From Chlamydiia bacterium (GTDB taxonomy: Bacteria; Chlamydiota; Chlamydiia; Chlamydiales; JAAZZY01), in assembly GCA_014239035.1 (NCBI GenBank), contig JAAZZY010000001.1, positions 1-52,648 of the forward strand: DNA of 52,648 nt, in the 5' to 3' direction. Each line of letters opens with the position of its first letter. Position 1 is the stretch's first letter. A model generated the notes under the pieces. That model did no database searches and was not told the DNA's origin. It saw only the letters and a program-made list of their open reading frames with translations. Below are positions 38,504 to 46,643 of this stretch, in pieces. Both the position numbers and the translations under genes were made by a program.

Positions 38504-39166
38504 TCACTCATCGTCTTCGATTAAGTTAGGCTCTTTTTCTTCCATCTTTTTGTTTGCTTTTATAGCTGACTTGCTTGGCATAGTTCTAAAAACAATATCC
38601 CAAAACGGAGAAGAAACCCCGAAGGCTTTTGTTTCATCTTGATAATGGTGTTTAATGTGGTGTGTCCAGAGCCATTTCAACTTTTTCGGAGCTTTTGACT
38701 GATGAATTTTAAAATGTGTGTAGGCATAGCTCAAGTAGCCTGTTAAAAAGCCTGGCAGGAACACAAATACGCTAGTTCCCATTATCAAATAAAACAAACC
38801 AAAGAAGAGCCCCATGAAAAGTGTAGCTGGAACAGGCGGCATAAACATCCTTTTATAATCTGTAGGCTGCTCATGGTGCACCCCATGCACTGTATGCGAA
38901 ATTTTAGTCAAAATGGGATGTTTTGTACTCTCTATATGGAAAAAGAATCTATGTAGGAAGTATTCTGCAACTGTCCATGTTATATAACCCAAGAAGGCTA
39001 GACCACAGATTTTACCTATACCTGTAACAAACCCAAAATAATAGTTCATATAAAGTAATGATGAGCTTGTAGTTAAGTTGTAAATGATTGCAATACCTGG
39101 ATGTACACGCGTTAACATTTCTAAGCTTCTGCTTTGAAACATCCTTTTTGACTTAAATTCTTTCAT
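38504..39166 (-). CDS. Fatty acid hydroxylase superfamily protein, FA2H/Scs7-like lipid 2-hydroxylase domain
   Basis: 220 aa, 4 TM helices. It has His boxes HRFFFH, HGVHHEQPTD..MPPVPA, THFKIH and HHIKHH, followed by FGVSSPFWDIVFRT. The order and spacing resemble the catalytic domain of eukaryotic fatty acid 2-hydroxylase (from memory). There is no cytochrome b5 domain. Confidence 0.65.
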   Translation of the reverse strand: MKEFKSKRMFQSRSLEMLTRVHPGIAIIYNLTTSSSLLYMNYYFGFVTGIGKICGLAFLGYITWTVAEYFLHRFFFHIESTKHPILTKISHTVHGVHHEQPTDYKRMFMPPVPATLFMGLFFGLFYLIMGTSVFVFLPGFLTGYLSYAYTHFKIHQSKAPKKLKWLWTHHIKHHYQDETKAFGVSSPFWDIVFRTMPSKSAIKANKKMEEKEPNLIEDDE

Positions 39167-39375
39167 GCTACCCTCACTATGTACCCCTTCCTAACTCTCA
39201 AATAATTTATCTCCTAGATTTTTTCAAGAAATATCCTAAACAACTAAATATAAACACTATTCACATCTAACCTCCTATAAAACTCTCTCCTAAATTAATT
39301 GCTGTCTCCCTATTTAACTTGAAAATAAAACTTTATAAAAGTACATCTAACAAACATAAGTTAATAAGTTTTAAT

Positions 39376-41739
39376 ATGACGCTCAAGAAGAAAGCTCCAG
39401 GTAAACCCGGCGTTCCACCACATTGGACATCCAGTCAAAAATCTGGTGTAGGAACCTCTGTCTCCATGAATAGTCGCACATGGTTTACGACTTCTCACGG
39501 GATTCTCAATGAAATCTACTATCCTACTGTCGACATCCCTAATACTCGAGATTGCCAGTTTATTGTCACTGATGGAAAAAGTTTTTTTAGTGAAGAGAAA
39601 AGAGATTGCGACTCTGTTACCCGCAACATTAAACCTGGCGTGGGCGGATATGAAATCATCAACACACACAAGGGTGGCTACTATGAAATTAAAAAGCGCA
39701 TCTACTGCAACCCTTATAACAGTACCTTAATTCAAGAAGTAGAATTCAAACCTCTTGTTAAAAAGAATTTCCGACTCTTCTGTCTTTTAGCACCGCACAT
39801 GAATTCAAAAGGAGGAAATAACAACGGGTACATTAAAAACTATAAAGGTGAAGACTTTCTCTCGGCTACTCGAGTTGATCATTACCACTTAGTTATGGGC
39901 TGTGACAGACCTTTTAAAGCGCTGTCATGTGGTTATGTGGGAACATCTGATGGCTATATTGAACTCAAAAAAAATAAGTATCTCAAAAACATCTATACTG
40001 AAGCTACTGATGGAACGATTTCTTTAACATCAGAAGTTGATATAGAAAAAAGTAATAGGTTTCTACTTCTTTTATCATTCGGTCATTCATTTGAAGAGGC
40101 CGCAAAAACTGTAAAAGCAACTCTTTTTCATAATCATAAGCATCTATTAAAAAAGTTTATTCTAGGTTGGGAAAAAGTTTCCGGTAAAGAGCCGAAACTC
40201 TCTTTTATCAATAAAGAAGCAAAGTCCCTTTATCATTCAAGTGTTATGGTTTTAAATGCTCATCTTGGAAAGGTGGCTCCTGGAAATGTTATAGCCTCTC
40301 TTTCTATTCCTTGGGGTTCACATAAAGGAGATGATGATATAGGGGGCTACCATCTGATATGGCCAAGAGACCTTGTTGAAATCTCAGGTGGCTTTATAGC
40401 ATCTGGCGATGCTGAAACAGCAAGATTAATCCTTCATTTTCTAGCAAGTATTCAAGAAGGAGATGGTCATTTTGCACAGTGCTTGTGGCATACCGGTAAA
40501 CCTTATTGGAGCAACATCCAAATGGATGAAACAGCCCTTCCTGTTATCTTAGCTGGAACTCTTAAACAAAAAAATGCCCTCAAGTGGCTAGATCCTTGGC
40601 CGCTGATTACAAAGGCTATCCAATATCTTGTGAAAAATGGGCCTGTTACTCCACAGGATCGCTGGGAAGAAGATGGGGGCTACACAGCATTCACTTTAGC
40701 TTGTGAGATCTCAGCGTTATTAGTAGGTGCTGATTTTTATGAAGACAAAGGCTTAAAAAAAGAGGCCCAGTATATAAGAGAGATCGCCGATTACTGGAAT
40801 GCAAATATTGAAAAGTGGACCTATGCAGAAAAAACAAATCTATGCAAAAAATATAAAGTTGATGGCTACTATGTACGCATTACATCTGATGATTTAAATC
40901 CTCGAAAAGTTGATGAAATCATAGAAGTCAAAAACAGGCCACCTGACCATTCCTTCAAACCAGCTTCTGAAATTGTAAGTTGTGACACCCTGGCTCTGGT
41001 TCGTTTTGGGCTTAGGAGCGCTGAGGACCCAAAGATTTTAAATACTATCAAAGTTATTGACGCTCTTCTAAAAAAGGAAACTAAATGCGGCCCAGTTTGG
41101 AAGCGTTATAACGAAGATGGGTATGGAGAGCATAAAAATGGAGATGCTTTTGATGGAACAGGCATTGGAAGAGGCTGGCCTCTTATTACTGCTGAGCGGG
41201 CTCACTATGAAATAGCAAAAGGTAACTTCAAAAGAGCAAAAGAACTACTAAAAGCAGTTATCAACCAGTCTGGCGAAAATTATCTAATCCCAGAGCAAAT
41301 TTGGGATGAAAAAGACATCCCCAAAAAATTCCTGTTTAATGGTAGACCCACTCTTGGTGCTATGCCCCTTGTTTGGGCTCATGCTGAATACCTAAAGCTA
41401 GTTCGCTCGTTAAACGATGAGAAAATTTATGATTGCCCCAAACAAACACTTAAGCGGTATAAGGGTAAAAAGCCTTCAACTCACTTGCAAATTTGGAAGC
41501 CCAATCATAGAATAAAACATCTTGATTCCTCTAAAACCCTACGTATTGAAACTTTTGAAAGCTGCGCAATTATCTATACTTTAGGAAAAAAAGAATTCAA
41601 GAAGAAGATGTTAGATACACATCTTGGTCTCTATTATGTTGATATTAAGCCATCAAATTGGAAAGGATGCTCTAAGATTCAGTTTAAGTTTGAAGGCCAT
41701 TCTAAATATAAAAAGAAGTCTTTTTCCATCAAGATCTGA
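39376..41739 (+). CDS. Glycoside hydrolase family 15 (glucoamylase/glucodextranase-type)
   Basis: About 787 aa from ATG 39376 (the longest ORF starts at TTG 39319). It has an N-terminal beta-sandwich-like region and an (alpha/alpha)6 domain with GGYHLIWPRDLVE, DRWEEDGGYTAFT and IPEQIWD. Confidence 0.88.
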   Translation: MTLKKKAPGKPGVPPHWTSSQKSGVGTSVSMNSRTWFTTSHGILNEIYYPTVDIPNTRDCQFIVTDGKSFFSEEKRDCDSVTRNIKPGVGGYEIINTHKGGYYEIKKRIYCNPYNSTLIQEVEFKPLVKKNFRLFCLLAPHMNSKGGNNNGYIKNYKGEDFLSATRVDHYHLVMGCDRPFKALSCGYVGTSDGYIELKKNKYLKNIYTEATDGTISLTSEVDIEKSNRFLLLLSFGHSFEEAAKTVKATLFHNHKHLLKKFILGWEKVSGKEPKLSFINKEAKSLYHSSVMVLNAHLGKVAPGNVIASLSIPWGSHKGDDDIGGYHLIWPRDLVEISGGFIASGDAETARLILHFLASIQEGDGHFAQCLWHTGKPYWSNIQMDETALPVILAGTLKQKNALKWLDPWPLITKAIQYLVKNGPVTPQDRWEEDGGYTAFTLACEISALLVGADFYEDKGLKKEAQYIREIADYWNANIEKWTYAEKTNLCKKYKVDGYYVRITSDDLNPRKVDEIIEVKNRPPDHSFKPASEIVSCDTLALVRFGLRSAEDPKILNTIKVIDALLKKETKCGPVWKRYNEDGYGEHKNGDAFDGTGIGRGWPLITAERAHYEIAKGNFKRAKELLKAVINQSGENYLIPEQIWDEKDIPKKFLFNGRPTLGAMPLVWAHAEYLKLVRSLNDEKIYDCPKQTLKRYKGKKPSTHLQIWKPNHRIKHLDSSKTLRIETFESCAIIYTLGKKEFKKKMLDTHLGLYYVDIKPSNWKGCSKIQFKFEGHSKYKKKSFSIKI

Positions 41740-42054
41740 TCAGAACATCCACTCATATTTGGCTTTTAGAGTGTAGACCGAAAGCTTTTGAAGCAGGTCG
41801 GCTTCAAAACTCGCTGTGAAGTTGTATTTTTCATGCTTAAGAGCATACATCTCAGCACCGAGTACGAGCTGATTAATTGTTTTTGTAAAACCTTGAATAG
41901 TGAAGAAAATACGGCTAGGCGCTCCCTCAAAGCGAGCTTCTACGTTGTCTTTATTGAGTAAGATATTTGCAAGCCAACCGATGTAGAGCTTTGGAGCATA
42001 ATAGAGGTCGCCTCTAAATAGTTCTCGAATAAAATAAGCACGGAAGCTTGGCTA
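41740..42054 (-). pseudogene. Stranded C-terminal beta-barrel segment of the autotransporter, separated by an in-frame TAG (42052-42054)
   Basis: In the same frame as ORF 42052-44622, the TAG is followed by 103 sense codons: PSFRAYFIRELFRGDLYYAPKLYIGWLANILLNKDNVEARFEGAPSRIFFTIQGFTKTINQLVLGAEMYALKHEKYNFTASFEADLLQKLSVYTLKAKYEWMF. They end at TGA 41740-42. The terminal aromatic F is the typical OMP/autotransporter beta-signal. Confidence 0.75.
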
Positions 42055-44622
42055 CATGATAAATGAAGATCTACTTCTAACGACTAAATTAATACTTCCT
42101 GCTCCTTTTTCACTATACTGCGGTGTGAAAATTGTGAGGTAGTTTAGAGTACCATCTGGTTGAATCCACCAATCATTTCCTAAATATCCTCGAACTCCCC
42201 CATTAACTCTTAGTAGAATATCAAACGTTGCATAGCTGCTTGTTGCTGTTCTATTAAAGCCATTAAAGAGGATATTTCGTGAAGTATTATGAAAGTTAAA
42301 CCCTCCCATGATCATACCGTTTCCATAAGCTACTTTATCAAACCAACCAAAAAATGGAGCGATGTATACTGTGCTCCACCTTGCATGACCAAAATCTTGT
42401 CTCCAGTTTAAATTGGAGTGCGTATAGCCCACCCCTGCTTCTACCACAAACTTATCTTGCAGAACCTTTTCATACCCAATCCCTGCACCGTATGTAAACG
42501 CCTCAAAAGGAACCTGACCTACATCAGATAGGCTTCCTCCAGTTTGCCTTTGGTCAATATACATACCAATAGGTTCAATGAAGAATCCGGTTTGTGGATC
42601 AGCAAATAATGGAGGTCCGTTAGTTGCATCTGGATCAGAATGGGTTTGGATCCTGCTTTTTTCTACTTGTTCTTTGTACTGTTTATCTAAGATAACAGCC
42701 ATCTGGATGTTGTTTTGAAGACCCACCTGAGGGTTGGCTGCATACGGCAGGGGTGAAACCCTAACAAGAGCACTTTTAAAGGCTGTGCCATCTAAAGCAA
42801 GCATCTGATTGGCAACAGCTGTAAGGTCTGGACTTGCAAGCAAAAGACCCGGCGTATCAAACATGTAGTGGGCTATAGTTCGATCGTTTCCTTGAAGAGC
42901 CTCTAAAGCTGTTGGTGTGACAACGTGATGCTCTGTCACCGTAACTTGAATGACATTTCCTCCAACAGTTTGCCTAGACCAGGACCCTACTTCTGGCACT
43001 CCAGTATCTGCATGCACAACTTTAAAATTTGAAAAGTCATTATTAATGGGGTTTGTTGCTGTTAAAACTCTATAAGTTAACCCTTTGGTGTAGATCCCTG
43101 TTTCAAGAGAAAGGAGTAGAGTACCATTTAGATTTGCAGTGGTTGGTAAAAGCTGGGGGCTTGATGTAGGGGAGAGGTTCATGCGGAGAGTGCCGCCTCT
43201 GGTTGGCGTATATGTTCCTACAGTTAAGTTTCCAGACGTAGAGAGGCCGGGCATCACTGTAGCCCTATTATTCACTGTATTTGTAACAGATCCAGTTCCT
43301 GTAAGTATGCCATTTGCTGAAGTTGTCACCGAGCTGTTTGTTAATGTACCATTCAATCTGAGGTCTCCCGCAGTAACCAGTGTCGGACCTGTGTGAGCAA
43401 AAGTTCCTGCAAAAGTAACGGTTTGATTTGGTGCGCTGACAGCAAGATTTCCATCTCCTGTAACACTGCGATTAAATGTTGCGTTACTTGTTGGGCTTAA
43501 TGTAAGCAAAGAGCCAGCTGCTATGCTTATACCAGATGTTGCAGTAGGCATGGATGTGAATGTGCAGCTTCCGGCTCCAGAGATTGTGGTTGCACCTGTT
43601 TGAGCTTGTGAGCCAGAAAGAGTGAGTACATTATTAGCAGAGGGTTGTAAATCAAGGTTTCCAGCTCCGCTAATGCTACTTCTAAAATTGGTTGATTGAG
43701 AAGGTCTTAAGCTAAGCGTTCCAGCAGTTAGCGCAGTTGGTCCTGAAAGGTTTAATGTAGAACCAGTGAAAGCAAAAGTTTGTCCTCCTGAGTTAATAAT
43801 GAGTTGCCCTGCTCCTGTAAGGTTTCCTGCAAGTGTTGCTCCTGCCGGAGATTTAAGCTCTACCGATGACGCTATGATATTTGTAGTTCCTGTATAAGTT
43901 AAAGCTCCATTAAGGACGACTGCTCCTAGTGATCCGCTCTCACCAAAGGTAACTGTTCCTGTACCAGCAATCGGACGGCTTAAGGTTCGTGTGTTACCAT
44001 TTGGATTTGATTCAATATGAAGTGTTCCATTGTTAGTAATCTGTGCTGTGCCTTGTACAACAACATCAGTAAAATCCAATGTACAACCTGCATTGATTAA
44101 CGTTACTCCGGTATAATCAACTATTTTTTCAGGGTCTGCTAAAATTAATGTTGCGCCATTTGTTAATGTAAGGCCGCCAACTCCTGTTAAACCACCACCC
44201 CAATTGCTAGTAATACTATCAAAGGTGAAATCGCTATTAAAAATTATTTGTGAGTTGCAAGCGAAAATTGTACCGAAATTTGTGCCTGTAACCATTGGGG
44301 CTACTCCTGAAAAACCAACAGTGAAGTTGGCAGATGTGATATTAAGAAAAATATTCTTAGAACAGTCCATCTTATTAACTACGATGTTTGCACTTTGAAA
44401 AATAGAACCGGCGAACACATTGTTAAAAATAGCTGTATCAGTTGCAGTACTTGGGAAGTTTGCTTGTTTAACTCCAGCAACAGTCCAATTTTCCACACCT
44501 CCTTGATTGTTCCAGAACGCGCCTGCTGTAGGGTTGTTGGGATCCCATGTATAATCAACAGAAAATAAAAGTGAACTAAAAAAGGAAAGAGTTAAAGAAA
44601 TGTAGAGCAATGCTCTTTTCAT
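42052..44622 (-). CDS. Autotransporter-type outer membrane protein with PATR-like beta-helix repeats (truncated by TAG)
   Basis: 856 aa with a signal peptide (MKRALLYISLTLSFFSSLLFS). The Gly/Thr/Ser/Asn-rich passenger has recurring modules such as GTGTVTFG..GALTYTGTTNI, GAGQLIINSGGQTFAFTGSTLNLSGPTALTAGTLSL, GAGNLDLQ...TLSGSQAQTGATTISG and GDGNLAVS..TFAGTFAHTGPTLVTAGDLRLNGTL. The C-terminal part has beta-barrel strands. Confidence 0.8.
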   Translation of the reverse strand: MKRALLYISLTLSFFSSLLFSVDYTWDPNNPTAGAFWNNQGGVENWTVAGVKQANFPSTATDTAIFNNVFAGSIFQSANIVVNKMDCSKNIFLNITSANFTVGFSGVAPMVTGTNFGTIFACNSQIIFNSDFTFDSITSNWGGGLTGVGGLTLTNGATLILADPEKIVDYTGVTLINAGCTLDFTDVVVQGTAQITNNGTLHIESNPNGNTRTLSRPIAGTGTVTFGESGSLGAVVLNGALTYTGTTNIIASSVELKSPAGATLAGNLTGAGQLIINSGGQTFAFTGSTLNLSGPTALTAGTLSLRPSQSTNFRSSISGAGNLDLQPSANNVLTLSGSQAQTGATTISGAGSCTFTSMPTATSGISIAAGSLLTLSPTSNATFNRSVTGDGNLAVSAPNQTVTFAGTFAHTGPTLVTAGDLRLNGTLTNSSVTTSANGILTGTGSVTNTVNNRATVMPGLSTSGNLTVGTYTPTRGGTLRMNLSPTSSPQLLPTTANLNGTLLLSLETGIYTKGLTYRVLTATNPINNDFSNFKVVHADTGVPEVGSWSRQTVGGNVIQVTVTEHHVVTPTALEALQGNDRTIAHYMFDTPGLLLASPDLTAVANQMLALDGTAFKSALVRVSPLPYAANPQVGLQNNIQMAVILDKQYKEQVEKSRIQTHSDPDATNGPPLFADPQTGFFIEPIGMYIDQRQTGGSLSDVGQVPFEAFTYGAGIGYEKVLQDKFVVEAGVGYTHSNLNWRQDFGHARWSTVYIAPFFGWFDKVAYGNGMIMGGFNFHNTSRNILFNGFNRTATSSYATFDILLRVNGGVRGYLGNDWWIQPDGTLNYLTIFTPQYSEKGAGSINLVVRSRSSFIM

Positions 44623-44769
44623 TAAAAGTATACGAGGTAGATTAAGTAGTTTTCTGGACTATATCAGTAATTAAAATTTTAAAAAAAGCGTTAATGTTAC
44701 GGACTAATCTTTATACCTGCGTTTCCACAGATAGAGTCTTGTTTGAGGTAAAGTAGGATCTTGTTGCCT

Positions 44770-46062
44770 TTATGAAGGATCCCCAGTGGATTCAAAGGAT
44801 TTGCAGTAAGTTTCTTTAATGAAAAAGGTTAGAATAAATGAAAGTGCCAAAGTAATAGGAACAGGGGTTAGTGCAAATGTAAAAAGATCATCTCTTGGAG
44901 GGCTATACTTAACAAGCAAAGCAATAATGGGCTGCAAAATAGGCGCTCCTATTGCAAGACAGAGCATGTTTGCAAAACCCATCGCTCTTCCTCTAACATC
45001 TATGGGAAGAATCTCTTTGATGATGGCAAAACCTAAGACATAGCCACTACAAGAAAATCCCAAAACGAAATTCAGAATGACAATAAGTAGAACTGTGAGT
45101 TTGATTTTCAAAATAACCCAGATGCAGATAGTTGCAACCAAAGAAGAGAAAATCATAATAATTTTTCTCCTCCCTACAGTATCAGAGAGCCATCCAATAA
45201 ATGGGCTGCCAACGCCTACCCCTATAAGACCCGCTGCATTTAGAGAGGCTGCTTGAGTCGATGAGAAGTTATAATTATTCATGAAAAAAGGGATGCCCCA
45301 AAGAGCATAAAAAGCTGGGACAATACTAAAAGCCATCCCCATGTAGAGAGCACTCACCCACACTTGAAAACGTCCAACTACTACTCCAAGTTGTTTTAGT
45401 TCAGTTTTTACAGAAAAATTTGTGTTAGATTTTAGAATCCACGATGAATCACCTGGCTTATTGCGGACAATAAAGATGATTAAGATAGAAATAATAATCC
45501 CTTCGATACCAGATAGAAATATGGCTTGTCTCCAGCCCCACCAATGCACTGCTGCAGATAAAAGTATCGTTGCAATAGCAGCTCCTGCCATACAGAGCGT
45601 CTCTGTTAAACCTACTAAAAGGGCAAAGCGTTTAGTATCAAACCATTGAGAGATTAAATAAAATACCGAAACGATACCTGTGGCGCAGACAAAACCCATA
45701 ATTAATCGACTTACCTCTGCAACCCACAAAAGCTTGCAGCAGGAAAAAATTAAGCAGGACAACCCAGCTAGGAAGCTGCCTAAAGTTAAGAGAATGCGAG
45801 GCCCAAAAAGATCTACGAGGATTCCGGAGGGGATTTGCATAGCTATGTAACTGTAAAAGAAGAAGGTAGTGATGAAACTAGCTTCTACTAAGGTGATACT
45901 TAAATCCTGGACTAAGTTGGGGAGCATCACACTCGGAGAGCCTTGAAGCATAAACTGATACATTGGAAAAAGAGCTGCAGCAGTCCAGACCCACCACCTG
46001 TGGGCATTAGTTTTATTGGCAGATGTTGGTTGGTTATCACTTGTCATAGAAACAATATACAT
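44770..46062 (-). CDS. MFS-type transporter
   Basis: 430 aa, 12 predicted TM helices. An MFS-like loop (DTVGRRKIIM) sits after TM8. Substrate is unknown. Confidence 0.75.
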   Translation of the reverse strand: MYIVSMTSDNQPTSANKTNAHRWWVWTAAALFPMYQFMLQGSPSVMLPNLVQDLSITLVEASFITTFFFYSYIAMQIPSGILVDLFGPRILLTLGSFLAGLSCLIFSCCKLLWVAEVSRLIMGFVCATGIVSVFYLISQWFDTKRFALLVGLTETLCMAGAAIATILLSAAVHWWGWRQAIFLSGIEGIIISILIIFIVRNKPGDSSWILKSNTNFSVKTELKQLGVVVGRFQVWVSALYMGMAFSIVPAFYALWGIPFFMNNYNFSSTQAASLNAAGLIGVGVGSPFIGWLSDTVGRRKIIMIFSSLVATICIWVILKIKLTVLLIVILNFVLGFSCSGYVLGFAIIKEILPIDVRGRAMGFANMLCLAIGAPILQPIIALLVKYSPPRDDLFTFALTPVPITLALSFILTFFIKETYCKSFESTGDPS

Positions 46063-46194
46063 AAACTTTTTTTTGAGTGCAAAACTCTGAATTTATCCCT
46101 TCAATACATTCATTATAAATATGTTGCGATAGGGGGTCATTTTTATTGGAAAAAAATAATTTTTGATGTACATCCGAGTTAGGGGGCGTCTCAA

Positions 46195-46608
46195 ATGGTT
46201 AAAAGGATCCAATACTTTTGTATGCTATTTTACGTCAGCATTTTACTGGTCTTGGTTGCGGCTTGCTTCGGAGCTTTTGAAGGCCTGCATGCCTCTCCAA
46301 AAGTTATTGAAACTTTTGAAGCAGGACCTATAAAAACAGAAAAAAAACAAGTAGTCAAAGTAAAGACGCAGTTTGAATGGAATATGGCCAATCCCTGCAA
46401 ATGTAACGGAGAGGGAGGGCCTTGTATTAAGACGTTTTTAAACAAAGATCAACCTCAAGCAGAATCTAAAGATTTTCAGATAAACAACAACCTAAATCAG
46501 AGTAGTGAAAAGTATCAAGGGAGCAACCTTGTGCCTACCTTAACGAATGAATCTTCTGTTCGTTTGATCGTAATTCCTTTTTGCCGTCAGACAAAGTCTA
46601 ATGAGTAG
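46195..46608 (+). CDS. Hypothetical lipoprotein/secreted protein
   Basis: 137 aa with a signal sequence and lipobox-like LVAAC. No other motif. Confidence 0.45.
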   Translation: MVKRIQYFCMLFYVSILLVLVAACFGAFEGLHASPKVIETFEAGPIKTEKKQVVKVKTQFEWNMANPCKCNGEGGPCIKTFLNKDQPQAESKDFQINNNLNQSSEKYQGSNLVPTLTNESSVRLIVIPFCRQTKSNE

Positions 46609-46643
46609 TGTTTTATAGCACTTCTCCTCTATAATTTTTAGAT

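Noticed and set aside
42052-44622. Calling the autotransporter a classical chlamydial Pmp
   Set aside because: GGA[ILV] and FxxN motifs are essentially absent in my reading (only FWNN near the N-terminus). The repeats look like generic PATR beta-helix modules, so I use the more general autotransporter label.
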